Virus record (IMG/VR): IMGVR_UViG_2934156241_000001
Location: 1 to 64,000 of that record
DNA: 64,000 nucleotides
Source: a virus
Lineage: Duplodnaviria; Caudoviricetes
Strand: one strand, 5' to 3'
Shown here: piece by piece, positions 1 through 9,747 of the stretch
Numbering within the stretch: the stretch's first letter is position 1
Layout of the letters: every line of letters begins with the position of its first letter
Notes under the pieces: model-generated
Seen by the model: only the letters and a program-made list of their open reading frames with translations
What the model was told of the DNA's origin: nothing
Database searches by the model: none
Translations under genes and position numbers: made by a program

Positions 1-300
1 TCAGGTGTTGGTCGTTCCCCAGTCGTCCTCACCCCTCGAACCGCGCCCACGCATCGAACGCACCCGGTCCGCAACCGAGTCCGGCACCTTCTCGCCGACC
101 TTGTCGCCCACCGCGTGGTACGCCTTGCCGGCGAAATCTCGGCCGCTCTGGGCCGCCGACTCGCAGGTGTTGCGCACGGCCGGGTTCTGGGCGAACTGGC
201 GTGCGGACTTCTTCAGCTGCTCGTAACGCTCGCGCCCGGCCCGCGTGCCGAGCACGTAACCGAGGGCCATTCCGGCGATGAACGTGAGCCGGTACCGCAT
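1..300 (-). CDS. YtxH-like small membrane protein (host)
   Basis: MRYRLTFIAGMALGYVLGTRAGRERYEQ; N-terminal TM segment; AAGG RBS upstream of ATG at 300. Confidence 0.8.
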   Translation of the reverse strand: MRYRLTFIAGMALGYVLGTRAGRERYEQLKKSARQFAQNPAVRNTCESAAQSGRDFAGKAYHAVGDKVGEKVPDSVADRVRSMRGRGSRGEDDWGTTNT

Positions 301-480
301 GGCTGCCACCCTTCCTTCGCTCCGTGCGACGTGTGCTGCTCGCCTACCCGCAGGCACCGGAGATCACCCCGGCCGATACCGATTGGCAAAGCACCCCCCT
401 GCTTGCGCTAATGTATGTGTCGCAGCGAACGTCCGCCGCCCGGCAGCCGCCAGGCAGGTACGTTCGAGGCGACGCAGCAA

Positions 481-553
481 TCCCCTGTAGCTCAATTGGC
501 AGAGCAGCCGGCTGTTAACCGGCAGGTTACTGGTTCGAGTCCAGTCGGGGGAG
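481..553 (+). tRNA. tRNA-Asn (GTT)
   Basis: Cloverleaf TCCCCTG...; anticodon loop CTGTTAA; GGTTCGAGTCC T-arm. Confidence 0.97.
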
Positions 554-558
554 CGCGA

Positions 559-631
559 TCCCCTGTAGCTCAATTGGCAGAGCATTCGGCTGTTAACCGG
601 AGGGTTACTGGTTCGAGTCCAGTCGGGGGAG
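559..631 (+). tRNA. tRNA-Asn (GTT), second copy
   Basis: Near-identical tandem copy with a variant anticodon stem. Confidence 0.97.
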
Positions 632-639
632 CGGAACGG

Positions 640-664
640 AAGAGGGCCCCGAGGGGTCCTTTTT
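640..664 (+). terminator. Rho-independent terminator after tRNA-Asn pair
   Basis: AAGAGGGCCCC-GAG-GGGTCCT hairpin followed by T run. Confidence 0.75.
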
Positions 665-877
665 CGTGTGCCCGGAACCGGTCCACCTGAGGTCCGCCAC
701 CGTGGTGCACGCGGGGCGGGCGTGACTTCTTTCGCGCTAACTTCGCGTCGCCCGGAACCGGGCACGGAGCAGCGCAGTCTTCATGGTCACGAGTACCCGG
801 GCATCCGGAGCGAGAGATCGTATGACCGGCTATGCTGCGGCAGACGGGGCGCACACATGTACGCGCCACGCCGAAAA

Positions 878-951
878 GGGGCGGTAGCTCAGCCGGTTAG
901 AGCAGCGGACTCATAATCCGTCGGCCGAGGGTTCGAGTCCCTCCCGCCCCA
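878..951 (+). tRNA. tRNA with CAT anticodon (probably tRNA-Ile2); likely prophage attachment site
   Basis: GGGGCGG/CCGCCCC acceptor stem; CTCATAA loop; GGTTCGAGTCC; phage-type genes start directly downstream. Confidence 0.93.
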
Positions 952-996
952 CCGTCGAGCCGGAACGATTCACCCGTTTGACCTGCGCATACAGCT

Positions 997-1025
997 AGGC
1001 CCCCGCTATGGCGGGGGCCTTTTTG
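997..1025 (+). terminator. Terminator after tRNA(CAT)
   Basis: AGGCCCCCGC-TATG-GCGGGGGCCT plus T run. Confidence 0.85.
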
Positions 1026-1152
1026 TTGCCTTCAAGATCGTTGGCTCGGCCATGGCTCGGCCGAAGTGGTGGGGCGACCCGTGGGGCGTGGGCTGCTGGT
1101 GGCACGGCGGGGACGGGCCCGCTCGCACGGGCGTGCGCCACCCTAGGGGCTG

Positions 1153-1980
1153 CTAGCGGAGGCAGAGCTCCAGCACCGGGGGCAGCTTCGCGCCGAGGCC
1201 GTCACAGAGGTCCGGGGTCTTGGACGGCTGCGCCTGGCTGTCTTCTGTGGGCCAGGGGGTGGGGAGGTGGCCGGAGGGGGAAGGGGCGGGCGTGGTCGTC
1301 TCGCCGGGGGGCGCCGGGGGGGCGCCGATGCCCGTTTCCTCGTCCTGGCCTGACGGAGTCTCGGCGGAGGTGCCGGGTGTCGGCTCGGTGGCGGGTGAGG
1401 ATGCCTGCGGGCTGCTGGGGAGGGACAGTGCCGGACTGGTGTCCTCGGCGGTCGCGCTCTCGGCCTCGGTGATGGGGCGGAAGTTGGCGGCTTCCAACTC
1501 GGGTGTCTCGTCGTCGGTGTCTGCCGTGTCCAGGGGCTCGCTCGGGTGGCTCGGCTGGGTGGCTGAGGGCGTGACGGTCGTGGGCGTGGCGTCACTGGTG
1601 CCGGTGAAAACGAAGGCGCCGGCGACGGCGACGGATGCGGCCGCGGTCGTGACGGTCACGGTGGCGGCGCGGTGGTTCGTCCAGGCGTTGCTGGCCCGGC
1701 TGCCGAGGGACGCGAGGAAGGCAGCAAGGCCCCCACCGATGTGGAGGGCCAGGTGGCGCTTACGGCGGGCCGGTTCCGGTTCTTGTGCCGGTAGGGGTGT
1801 CGGCCCGCGCTGAGTAAGCGCGGCGATCTTCTGTGCTGCGAGTTCTGCGTTGAGCTGGGTGATGATTTGGCGGTTTCTCTTCTGCCCTTGATGGAGCAGG
1901 ACGACCGCAAGAACCACGGCACCCAGTACCCCGGCCTGTACTACAAGCGCTAGATCTGCCACATCAGCCCCTTTGTTCAC
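1153..1980 (-). CDS. Membrane protein with Pro/Thr-rich tail
   Basis: Two or three hydrophobic segments and a low-complexity C-terminus; downstream of the repressor. Confidence 0.7.
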   Translation of the reverse strand: MNKGADVADLALVVQAGVLGAVVLAVVLLHQGQKRNRQIITQLNAELAAQKIAALTQRGPTPLPAQEPEPARRKRHLALHIGGGLAAFLASLGSRASNAWTNHRAATVTVTTAAASVAVAGAFVFTGTSDATPTTVTPSATQPSHPSEPLDTADTDDETPELEAANFRPITEAESATAEDTSPALSLPSSPQASSPATEPTPGTSAETPSGQDEETGIGAPPAPPGETTTPAPSPSGHLPTPWPTEDSQAQPSKTPDLCDGLGAKLPPVLELCLR

Positions 1981-2064
1981 AGGATGTTTACTGATGTGGA
2001 TGATTGTTTGCCTGAGGAAACTTGTTCAGACTTGGGCCACTTCGTGACCTTTCCGTGACATGAG

Positions 2065-2523
2065 TTATCCGGCTCTTCGGCGCTGGTGTTCGGACCCTCC
2101 CTCTTGCGGGTGCTTCACGTCGAGGCCGAGGCGTCGGATCACCTCCGCCTGCTCCTCGACGGACAGGGCCGCCATGATCGCGGTGACCGCGTCCACGGGT
2201 GGCGCGTACTGGCCTGTCTGCCTGGGGGCGGCCGGCGGGGTGATCTGTTCCAGCTCCTCGGCCGCGCCGGGCCGTCCTGCTTCCCGAAGCTGATCCGGGG
2301 TGACGCCGACGACGCTCGCCATGCGCGCGAGCGTGCCGTCTGGCGCCTCCACGGGCAGGCGAGTGCCACTGACGACCTGGTACCCGTTGACGATCTGCCG
2401 CCACCGGGCATCGCTGATGCCTGCCTGTATGGCCGCTTTGCGGCCTGAGAGCCCGGATCTCTTCTGGGCTGCTGCGATGAGCGCGGCCTCGCTTGGGGGC
2501 TCTGGTCGCGACTGGTCTTCCAT
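2065..2523 (-). CDS. Prophage immunity repressor (XRE HTH)
   Basis: RSGLSGRKAAIQAGISDARWRQIVNG HTH; divergent from a Cro-like gene. Confidence 0.8.
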   Translation of the reverse strand: MEDQSRPEPPSEAALIAAAQKRSGLSGRKAAIQAGISDARWRQIVNGYQVVSGTRLPVEAPDGTLARMASVVGVTPDQLREAGRPGAAEELEQITPPAAPRQTGQYAPPVDAVTAIMAALSVEEQAEVIRRLGLDVKHPQEGGSEHQRRRAG

Positions 2524-2541
2524 GGCTGGCAGCTTCGCATA

Positions 2542-2672
2542 ACTACGCACTAGCGCGCTAGACGGCGCAGGTGCGTGGCGCATAAAGGGCGTGCAAATGC
2601 GTAACTGCGCGCCGCAGCGCCACTACTACGCACTTCCTTGCACTACGCGCTACTACGCGCTACTTTTCAATC
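2542..2672. promoter_or_regulatory. Switch region: ACTACGC repeats and rightward leaderless promoter
   Basis: ACTACGC at 2542, 2625, 2642, 2652; TTGCAC-17bp-TACTTT ending 6 nt before ATG 2673. Confidence 0.65.
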
Positions 2673-3032
2673 ATGAGCCACCCGCACAAACGGCGCCCCA
2701 GGGGTGCCCCTATGAACCATGCGCCGAAGGCCCTGACGTTCGCCCGCGAGAAGGCGGGACTGACGAAACGGGCCCTGGCCAAGCAGTGCGGAATCAGTGA
2801 GCAGCTGCTGTGCGACATCGAGGCCGGGAGGCGCAACGCGACCCCGGCGAACTTGATCAAGTTCGCATCCGCGCTCAACTGTCCGGTCGTCAGCTTGGAG
2901 GCGGCCCGCGACGGTGCCCCCTCCGGGGCGGACATCAGGCAGGGCTGGGAGGCCGAGGGCGCTGAGCGCCCCAACTCGCCTCCGCGAGTAGCGAGTTCTT
3001 ATCCCCCGACGGGGGCGCGTCCGGCCGCATGA
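2673..3032 (+). CDS. Cro-like HTH regulator
   Basis: REKAGLTKRALAKQCGISEQLLCDIEAGRRN, XRE signature. Confidence 0.85.
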   Translation: MSHPHKRRPRGAPMNHAPKALTFAREKAGLTKRALAKQCGISEQLLCDIEAGRRNATPANLIKFASALNCPVVSLEAARDGAPSGADIRQGWEAEGAERPNSPPRVASSYPPTGARPAA

Positions 3033-3117
3033 CGGCCGGACGGGACTGAACGGACCATGCCGGGTCCATGCAGCCCCGCCCATCCAGTCACCTCAACCAC
3101 CAGTGAATCGAGGGACC

Positions 3118-3432
3118 GTGAAAACACATGCTAGCCCGCAGGCCGGCGCGGCCACCGTGCTGAGCCAGCTCCTGACGGAACACCCGGAGGTCACCGGGCT
3201 GACCTGGACGGTCGACCTGTTGGGCGTCCTGCACGGGGAGGTGCACGAGGAGGCCGGAGACGGCCGGATCGTGGACGCCTGCGCGGAGATCCTGGGAGGG
3301 ACCGCCGCCCACACCATCCTCACCCGGGCCGGTGACCGCCTCGGCCTGGCCCAGCTCGCCACGACGTGGCGCGACGTCCCCGTGCACGTGTGGGCGAGCT
3401 ACCCGCAGGCACCGGCGGGAGGTCTCCGGTGA
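3118..3432 (+). CDS. Hypothetical protein
   Basis: GAGG RBS + GTG; coupled to the next gene. Confidence 0.7.
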   Translation: MKTHASPQAGAATVLSQLLTEHPEVTGLTWTVDLLGVLHGEVHEEAGDGRIVDACAEILGGTAAHTILTRAGDRLGLAQLATTWRDVPVHVWASYPQAPAGGLR

Positions 3433-3629
3433 GCGCCCTCGTCCTGACCGGCATGGTCGCCTGCTTCGTCCTGCTGGTGGTCTCCGTGGTCGCTTACCGG
3501 GCCAGCACCGTGTCCCCCGAGCCGGACCACAGCACGGACTGCCGCCACTGCGCGGCCCTGCGCCACCCCTCCCAACTCGCCGCCCTCGCCGCCCTGTCCA
3601 CCCTCCCGGCCCCGAGGGGGAAGCGCTGA
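3429..3629 (+). CDS. Small membrane protein
   Basis: GTGA overlap; N-terminal TM segment; CxxC. Confidence 0.6.
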   Translation: MSALVLTGMVACFVLLVVSVVAYRASTVSPEPDHSTDCRHCAALRHPSQLAALAALSTLPAPRGKR

Positions 3630-4423
3630 TGGCACTCGGATCGCCCTACCGGGCCCAGACGGATCACAAAGTGGCAGCCGCCTCGGCGCGCGAGCAGCCT
3701 GGGACGTGGGTCCTCGCCGGTCTCTACTCGACGACCGAGAACGCGCGGGCCATGGCCCGTGGGGTCCAGAGCGGCCACGCGAATGTGCCCTTCTACTCGC
3801 CCGCCGGATCGTTCGAGGCATACGCCGCCCCGGCCGGGGAGGAACGGGCCCTGTGGGTCCGGTACATGGGCGGGGACCGTCCGGTGCCGCCGTTCCCGGA
3901 CCGCATGACCGTGCGGGTCTGCGACCGGGGATCGGGCCGGGAGTACGTAGGGGTACGGGTCGTCACGTTGACGATCTCCACCCTGTGCCCCACGTGCGGT
4001 GGCCCTCGCGGCTGGGATGTCGTGAGGCACAACCGGTTCTGTGAGGACGGCGAGTGGTACAGCGTCGACCAGTGGGACAACCCATGCGGACACATGGACC
4101 TGTACGCCGCGATTCTGCGGGAGGCCCGCGAGACGCGGTTCCCCCCGGCTGCCGCCCCGGTCCCCCTCGTCCAGCCGGTCGACGCAACGGCTGGGCCAGT
4201 GACCCTCATCAGGGCCGCCGCCAAAGTCAGCCGACGGATGCACGCGAAGCAGTCCGCGCTGCTCCTGAGAGAGCACGGCTACGAGCACGCCGCCGAACTG
4301 GTCCTCACCGAACTCCATCAGCGCCGGGGCCGCATGTCCGCCCGGCAGGCAGCCGACTTCCTGACCGACCTGAACCAGCCCGCCGCCTCCGTCCGTACCT
4401 CGATCCCGAAGGACTACGCGTGA
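3629..4423 (+). CDS. Hypothetical protein with Zn-binding motif
   Basis: TGATG coupling; CPTCGGPRG...NPCGH. Confidence 0.7.
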   Translation: MALGSPYRAQTDHKVAAASAREQPGTWVLAGLYSTTENARAMARGVQSGHANVPFYSPAGSFEAYAAPAGEERALWVRYMGGDRPVPPFPDRMTVRVCDRGSGREYVGVRVVTLTISTLCPTCGGPRGWDVVRHNRFCEDGEWYSVDQWDNPCGHMDLYAAILREARETRFPPAAAPVPLVQPVDATAGPVTLIRAAAKVSRRMHAKQSALLLREHGYEHAAELVLTELHQRRGRMSARQAADFLTDLNQPAASVRTSIPKDYA

Positions 4424-5478
4424 CCATCACCATCACCGAGCGGTCCGGGGCCCCGGCTGCTGGTCGGCCGGACGCGCCGACCGCTCGCCTGCTGCTCCCC
4501 TCCGACGCCCCTGAGGAGCAGTGGCACGCCGTACGCCGGTCCGGGATCGGCGGCAGCGACGTCGCCGCGATCCTCGGCCTGGACAAATGGAGGGGCCCCC
4601 GGCACGTCTTCGAGGCCAAGCACGGCCGGGACGTCGAGGGCGACAACGAGGCGATGGAGTTCGGCCGGGAGCTGGAGGACGTCATCGCCCGCTCGTTCTC
4701 CCGCCGCTCCGGGGTCCCGATCATCACCCCGCCCGGCACCCTCGTCCACAACGAGAACGCGTGGATGCTCGCCAACGTCGACCGCTACGCCCTCGACGAT
4801 GCCGGCGTCGTGGTGGCCCCGGTCGAGTGCAAGAACCGGTCGGAGTACCAGGCCGATGAATGGGAGGACGGCGTCCCGGACACGCCGGCGATTCAGGCCC
4901 ATTGGTACATGGCCGTGGGCGGCTGGGACTACGCGTGGGTTACCGCCCTCATCGGCGGTAACCGGCTGAGGTTCCACCGGCTGGAGCGCGACGAGGAGCT
5001 GATCGGCTACCTCACCGAGCACTGCGGCACCTGGTATCAGAAACACGTCGTCGAGGGGTTTCCGCCGGGGCCCGATGGCTTGGAGGCCACGAAGGACCTC
5101 CTGGGCCGTCTGTGGACTGCGAAGCCCGAGGACATCGTGGACGTGGACCGCGACCGCGCCGTCGAACTGCGCGGCGACCGCGCCCGCTTGAAGGCGGAGA
5201 TCAAGGCCTTGGACAGCGCGCTGACCACGGTGGAGAACGAGATGCGGCTGATCAACGAGGCCGCCGAGGTCGCGAAGGTCGGCAACGGCGTGGCCTGGTC
5301 GTGGAAGCAGAACGGCAACTTCGCCGCGAAGCGATTCCGCGAGGCGCACCCGGAGTTGGCCGCCGAGCTGACCCGTGTGGTCGAGGAGCTGGACGTCGAC
5401 CGGCTCAAGGAAGAGCACCCCGACCTCTACACCGCGTTCCGGGCCCGCGTGCTGCGCGTCCCGGCGAAGGAGCTGTGA
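4420..5478 (+). CDS. YqaJ / lambda-exonuclease family protein
   Basis: WHAVRRSGIGGSDVAAILG, LANVD, ECKN, QAHWYM motifs; next to RecT. Confidence 0.92.
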   Translation: MTITITERSGAPAAGRPDAPTARLLLPSDAPEEQWHAVRRSGIGGSDVAAILGLDKWRGPRHVFEAKHGRDVEGDNEAMEFGRELEDVIARSFSRRSGVPIITPPGTLVHNENAWMLANVDRYALDDAGVVVAPVECKNRSEYQADEWEDGVPDTPAIQAHWYMAVGGWDYAWVTALIGGNRLRFHRLERDEELIGYLTEHCGTWYQKHVVEGFPPGPDGLEATKDLLGRLWTAKPEDIVDVDRDRAVELRGDRARLKAEIKALDSALTTVENEMRLINEAAEVAKVGNGVAWSWKQNGNFAAKRFREAHPELAAELTRVVEELDVDRLKEEHPDLYTAFRARVLRVPAKEL

Positions 5479-5479
5479 C

Positions 5480-6463
5480 ATGACGAGCCTCAAGGACCGC
5501 GTGAAGGCGGCCACCGACAAGCCCAGCGGGCGCGGCCCGGCCCTGGACGATGTCCAGCACGACCGGGCAGCGGACGACGGCGCGGAGCAGGGCCGGGGGC
5601 ACAAGCCGGACGAGGGGACGATGGAGTTCCTGCGCCGGTATGAGCAGCACTTCGCGGAGGCCCTGCCCTCCAACGTGGACACCACGGCGTTCTTTGCCGC
5701 CGTGCGTAGTGTCCTTCCGACGCTGACTCGCTGCACCCCGGCGAGTCAGCTCCAGGCCCTGCTGACCTGTGCCCGTATCGGTCTGGTGCCGGACGGCAAG
5801 CAGGCCGTCATCACGGCGTCCGGGAACGTGGCCACGTTCATCCCGACGTACCGGGGATTCATTGAGCTGATGTACCGGTCCGGCCGGGTCGACTCCGTGC
5901 ACGTCGGGATGGTCCACGAGAACGACGAGTGGGCATTCGAGCCCACTGCCCCGGCCCCGCTGGACTTCACCCACCGGCCGCGGCCGGACCTGCCGAAGGC
6001 TGCGCGTGGCCCGGCGATCCTGGCCTATGCGTTCTGCTGGCTCAAGGGCGGGGCCCGGTCCCAGGTGGTGGTCCTCAGCCGTGAGGACGCCGAGGAGATC
6101 CGCGACCAGTACAGCGATGCGTACCGGCGCGCGCAGGAGACGGGCAAGCTGGATTCGTTCTGGCACACCCACTTCCTGGACATGTGGATGAAGTCCGCGA
6201 TCCGGCGCTTGGAGAAGTACGTCCCGACGAGTGCGGAGCTGCGCGCGCTCGGGGCGATCGATGACGCCGGCGAGGCTGGTCAGTCCCAGATCCTCCTGGC
6301 CCCGGACCCGGAGGTCGGGCTCCTCGTCGCGGACGCGGAGCGGGCGCACCGGAGCGCGGAGTCGTCGCAGGACACCGCCCCCCGGATGCTCCTCGTGAAG
6401 GGCACCCGGCGGGGCAGGTCCAAGCCCAAGAAGAACCGGGGCGGACGGCGGCGCGCGGCATGA
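5480..6463 (+). CDS. recT: RecT family ssDNA annealing protein
   Basis: GLVPD, YRGFIELMYRSG, W..HFLDMWMKSAIRRL.K..P. Confidence 0.9.
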   Translation: MTSLKDRVKAATDKPSGRGPALDDVQHDRAADDGAEQGRGHKPDEGTMEFLRRYEQHFAEALPSNVDTTAFFAAVRSVLPTLTRCTPASQLQALLTCARIGLVPDGKQAVITASGNVATFIPTYRGFIELMYRSGRVDSVHVGMVHENDEWAFEPTAPAPLDFTHRPRPDLPKAARGPAILAYAFCWLKGGARSQVVVLSREDAEEIRDQYSDAYRRAQETGKLDSFWHTHFLDMWMKSAIRRLEKYVPTSAELRALGAIDDAGEAGQSQILLAPDPEVGLLVADAERAHRSAESSQDTAPRMLLVKGTRRGRSKPKKNRGGRRRAA

Positions 6464-7185
6464 CCTGGCACCGCAACCCCCTTGCCGGGTTCGACCTGGA
6501 AACCACTGGTGTGGATCCGGAGACCTCCCGCATCGTGACCGGCTCGGTCGTCCGCTACGGCGGCGGCCGGCCCACGGCGGCCCGGAACTGGCTGGCCGAC
6601 CCTGGTGTCGACATCCCGGCCGAGGCCACAGCAGTGCACGGATGGACAACCGAGGCGGCCCGTACTACGGGCCGCCCGGCCGCCGAGGTCGTCGAGGAGA
6701 TCACCGCCGCCCTGGCCGAGGAAGCCGGGCGGGGGCGGCCCATCGTGGCCATGAACGCCCAGTTCGACCTGACCCTGTTGGACCGGGAGGCCCGACGCCA
6801 CGGCGTCCGGCCCCTCTTCGACCGGGCGGTTCCGTACGTGATTGACCCTCGTGTCCTGGACAAGAAGGTCGACCGGTACCGCCGGGGCGGCCGGACCCTG
6901 TCCGACCTGTGCCGCCACTACGTGGTCCAACTCGATGCCGCGCACTGCTCGGACGCCGACGCGGTCGCCGCCTGTGCGGTCGCGTGGAAGGTCGCGAACC
7001 GGTACCGGTGGCTGACCCGGCTGGAGCTGCACGAGATCCACGGCGAACAGGTCAAGTGGGCCCGGGAACAGGCCGAGGGACTGCGCGACCACTTCGCCCG
7101 GACGGACGGCAAACAGGAGTTGGCCGCGTCGGTGCGCATGGAGTGGCCGCTCATCCCGTCCCGCGTCGTCGAGGGTGCGCGGTGA
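6460..7185 (+). CDS. DnaQ-like DEDDh 3'-5' exonuclease
   Basis: FDLETTG, NAQFDL, AHCSDADA. Confidence 0.92.
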   Translation: MTWHRNPLAGFDLETTGVDPETSRIVTGSVVRYGGGRPTAARNWLADPGVDIPAEATAVHGWTTEAARTTGRPAAEVVEEITAALAEEAGRGRPIVAMNAQFDLTLLDREARRHGVRPLFDRAVPYVIDPRVLDKKVDRYRRGGRTLSDLCRHYVVQLDAAHCSDADAVAACAVAWKVANRYRWLTRLELHEIHGEQVKWAREQAEGLRDHFARTDGKQELAASVRMEWPLIPSRVVEGAR

Positions 7186-7478
7186 GTGGCGGCCCGTACG
7201 TCATCGGTGTGGCCGTCCTGGTGTGCAGTGCCGGGCTGGTGTCCGCCGCGGCCTACCTGATGGGCCCTGCCGTCGAGGCCTGGCGCCGCGCACACCGCGC
7301 GGCGCCGGCTCCGGCCGCTTCCCCTGACGTCGTTGCCCTCATCGCCAACGGCCAGGCCGAGCGCCTGGACTTCTACCACTGCCCCGGCGAGCAGCGCCGC
7401 CGCCCCCACGCCGTGAGCGTGGACGGGTCGCGGACCTGCTGGCACTGCGGGCACCACTCCTCTGGAGACCAGACATGA
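7182..7478 (+). CDS. Hypothetical membrane / Zn-finger protein
   Basis: Coupled ORF; TM segment; CP...H...CWHC. Confidence 0.65.
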   Translation: MSGGPYVIGVAVLVCSAGLVSAAAYLMGPAVEAWRRAHRAAPAPAASPDVVALIANGQAERLDFYHCPGEQRRRPHAVSVDGSRTCWHCGHHSSGDQT

Positions 7479-8215
7479 CCGACCCGCTCGGACCGGAGCA
7501 CCTACGCCCGGCACAGAGGGATTGCCCCAACTGCCTTTGCTGCACCGCCAATCTGTGCGCGAAGGGTGCGCACACCATCTTGGAGTGCTTCGGCCTCACG
7601 AGCGAGGACACGAGGAACACGGTGCGCGGGTGCCCGTGCAGCTCGGAGGAGACACGCGGCACAGCGGCCTGGAGGGCCGGGATGCTGCGCGTCACGATGC
7701 ACGCCACGACGGACCGGCCCCTGTCCGGGGACGTCGAGGCGGCACTGCGTGCGGTCGCGGCCGGCGAGGACGTCTCTCGGTACGCGGAGCAGATCACCCC
7801 GCTCGGGCTGCGCCGCTATGTCGGATTCGAGGACTCCCGGCCGCTTATCACCGAGCTGGGCGCCCGGTACCTCGTGGCCCGCGACGAGCGCAGGTACCCG
7901 ACGCCGATCCAGGTGGAGACGGTCGACATCGCCACCCGGACGGCCCGGGTCATCGTCGTGGGCTGGTCCATCACGGACGGGGTGACCGTCCTCCTGGACC
8001 AGCTCACCAGCGCAACGTCGCTGGAGGCCGAGCAGCTGCCCGGCCGGTTCCTGGAGGCCGTCGCGAACTGCCAGGCGCTGGAGGCCGACGACCTGGTCCT
8101 CACCGACGTGACGATCGCGCCGCCGATCCCCGCCGAGTGGCTGGACGGTCAGCCGGCGGCCGCGACCAGTGGGACGGGGCGCGTGGACGGCGCCCCGTCT
8201 GGAGGTGAGGTGTGA
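7475..8215 (+). CDS. Hypothetical protein with Cys-rich N-terminus
   Basis: Coupled ORF; CPNCLCC...C...CPC. Confidence 0.7.
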   Translation: MTDPLGPEHLRPAQRDCPNCLCCTANLCAKGAHTILECFGLTSEDTRNTVRGCPCSSEETRGTAAWRAGMLRVTMHATTDRPLSGDVEAALRAVAAGEDVSRYAEQITPLGLRRYVGFEDSRPLITELGARYLVARDERRYPTPIQVETVDIATRTARVIVVGWSITDGVTVLLDQLTSATSLEAEQLPGRFLEAVANCQALEADDLVLTDVTIAPPIPAEWLDGQPAAATSGTGRVDGAPSGGEV

Positions 8216-8784
8216 TGGAGACCTTCCCCCTGTTCGACGTGGAGGCCGCCCCGATTTCGCCCCTGGTGGTCGAGGAGCCGGCGGCCGAGGCCCCGCAGCC
8301 GTTGTTCGAGGTTGCTGTGCGGGGCTTGCCCGGCCCGCAGGGCAGTAAGTCGCACGTAGGCGGCGGCCGGATGATCGAGTCCTCCGCGAAGGTCAAGCCG
8401 TGGCGTGAAGCGATCGTCTGGACGGCGGTTGCGGCCCGGCAGAAGATCCGGGGCTTCACCAAGCTGACGGGTCCGCTGCGCGCCGACATGGTGTTCTGTT
8501 TCGATCGGCCGAAGGGGCACATGGGCACCGGCCGGAACGCCGGACTCGTCCGCCCTTCCGCGCCGATCCGTCCGGACGTCACTCCGGACCTGTCCAAGCT
8601 CGCCCGGTCTACAGAGGACGCCCTGACGAATGCCGGGGTGTACCAGGATGACGCGCTGATCGTGGAGTACGGCGTCCTCGGGAAGTGGTACACCACCGAC
8701 CACGGTGTGGTCCCGGGCGTGCTCGACGGCCCCGGCTGCACCATCCGCCTGTGGCGGGTCAAGTGCCCGGGGGTGGACGGGTGA
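8212..8784 (+). CDS. rusA: RusA-like Holliday junction resolvase
   Basis: PGPQGSK, RPKGH, PDLSKLARSTEDAL, DDA.IV. Confidence 0.88.
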   Translation: MMETFPLFDVEAAPISPLVVEEPAAEAPQPLFEVAVRGLPGPQGSKSHVGGGRMIESSAKVKPWREAIVWTAVAARQKIRGFTKLTGPLRADMVFCFDRPKGHMGTGRNAGLVRPSAPIRPDVTPDLSKLARSTEDALTNAGVYQDDALIVEYGVLGKWYTTDHGVVPGVLDGPGCTIRLWRVKCPGVDG

Positions 8785-9440
8785 TCAGTACCGAGGAGAT
8801 CGCGGCCGCCCTGGACGACGCCGGCCTTTCGAACCTGGCGGTCGCCCGGACCCTGGGATGCGGTCCGGAGCGGGTGCGCCGTGTCCGGGTCACGGCAGGC
8901 GTAGCGCCGTTCCGGCGCGGCCGGCGACTGCGGTACGAGTCCTGGGATGAGGCGTTCGCGGGCCGGACGGTGGCCGTCGAGGGCGGCCACCTGGACTGGA
9001 CCGGGCCGGTGTCTGAGCACGGGACGCCGGTGCTGCGCTTCGGGACGGAGACCCAGACCGCCTACCGGTACGCGTTCCGTGTCCAGCACGGGCGGGAGGC
9101 TGAGGGCAAGGCCGGGCCGGTCTGTGGCCGGGGCCACTGCGTGGCAGGTGGCCATCTTGAGGACCGCGTGATGCGGGAGCACCGGGAGAGCCGGGGCTTG
9201 CTCGCTCCGCCGGACGGTGCCACGTGGTACCGGGGTGTGGACGTGCTGGCCGTGGGCCTGGTGGCCCGTGGGGTGTATCCGCTGCCGGAGCTGAGGACCG
9301 AGATCGAGCAGCGGTACGCCGTGGTGGTGATGACCCGGCGGGAGCTCAGCGCGGCAGTGATCGCCGGAAGGTTGGGAATCGCGGAGCGCACCGTCGTGCG
9401 GTGGCGGGATGAGGCAGGGCTGTCCGATGGACGGCGTTGA
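8781..9440 (+). CDS. HTH plus degenerate HNH-like protein
   Basis: HTH at both ends; GHLDWTG...CGRGHCV..HLED core. Confidence 0.7.
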   Translation: MISTEEIAAALDDAGLSNLAVARTLGCGPERVRRVRVTAGVAPFRRGRRLRYESWDEAFAGRTVAVEGGHLDWTGPVSEHGTPVLRFGTETQTAYRYAFRVQHGREAEGKAGPVCGRGHCVAGGHLEDRVMREHRESRGLLAPPDGATWYRGVDVLAVGLVARGVYPLPELRTEIEQRYAVVVMTRRELSAAVIAGRLGIAERTVVRWRDEAGLSDGRR

Positions 9441-9747
9441 CCTCCTGTGGGTGGTGGCCGTCTTCCTCGCGGTCGTGACCACCGCCCACATCTGGGGGCC
9501 GCTGGTGCTCGTGCTGGTGCTGGTGGCCGCCGGCTGGCTCCTGTACCCCACGGGCCGTCACCGCACCGTCCGGCTCCCACTGCGGACATCGGTCCGGACT
9601 CGTGTCCGGGTCGGTGTCCGCGACGGGGTGGACACCGACCCGGACACGGTCGTGATTCCCATCGTGACCTGCACGGACACGGGTCCGGACGTGTCCGCGA
9701 AGAGCCGTCCGGCAGTGTCCGGACACGAGGAAGAGGGAGAGCGCTAA
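9427..9747 (+). CDS. Small membrane protein; 3' half is CGGACA/TGTCCG repeats
   Basis: Two TM segments followed by a repeat-encoded tail. Confidence 0.55.
   Translation: MDGVDLLWVVAVFLAVVTTAHIWGPLVLVLVLVAAGWLLYPTGRHRTVRLPLRTSVRTRVRVGVRDGVDTDPDTVVIPIVTCTDTGPDVSAKSRPAVSGHEEEGER

Noticed and set aside
364-916. ORFs overlapping the tRNA genes
   Set aside because: Spurious translations of tRNA sequence
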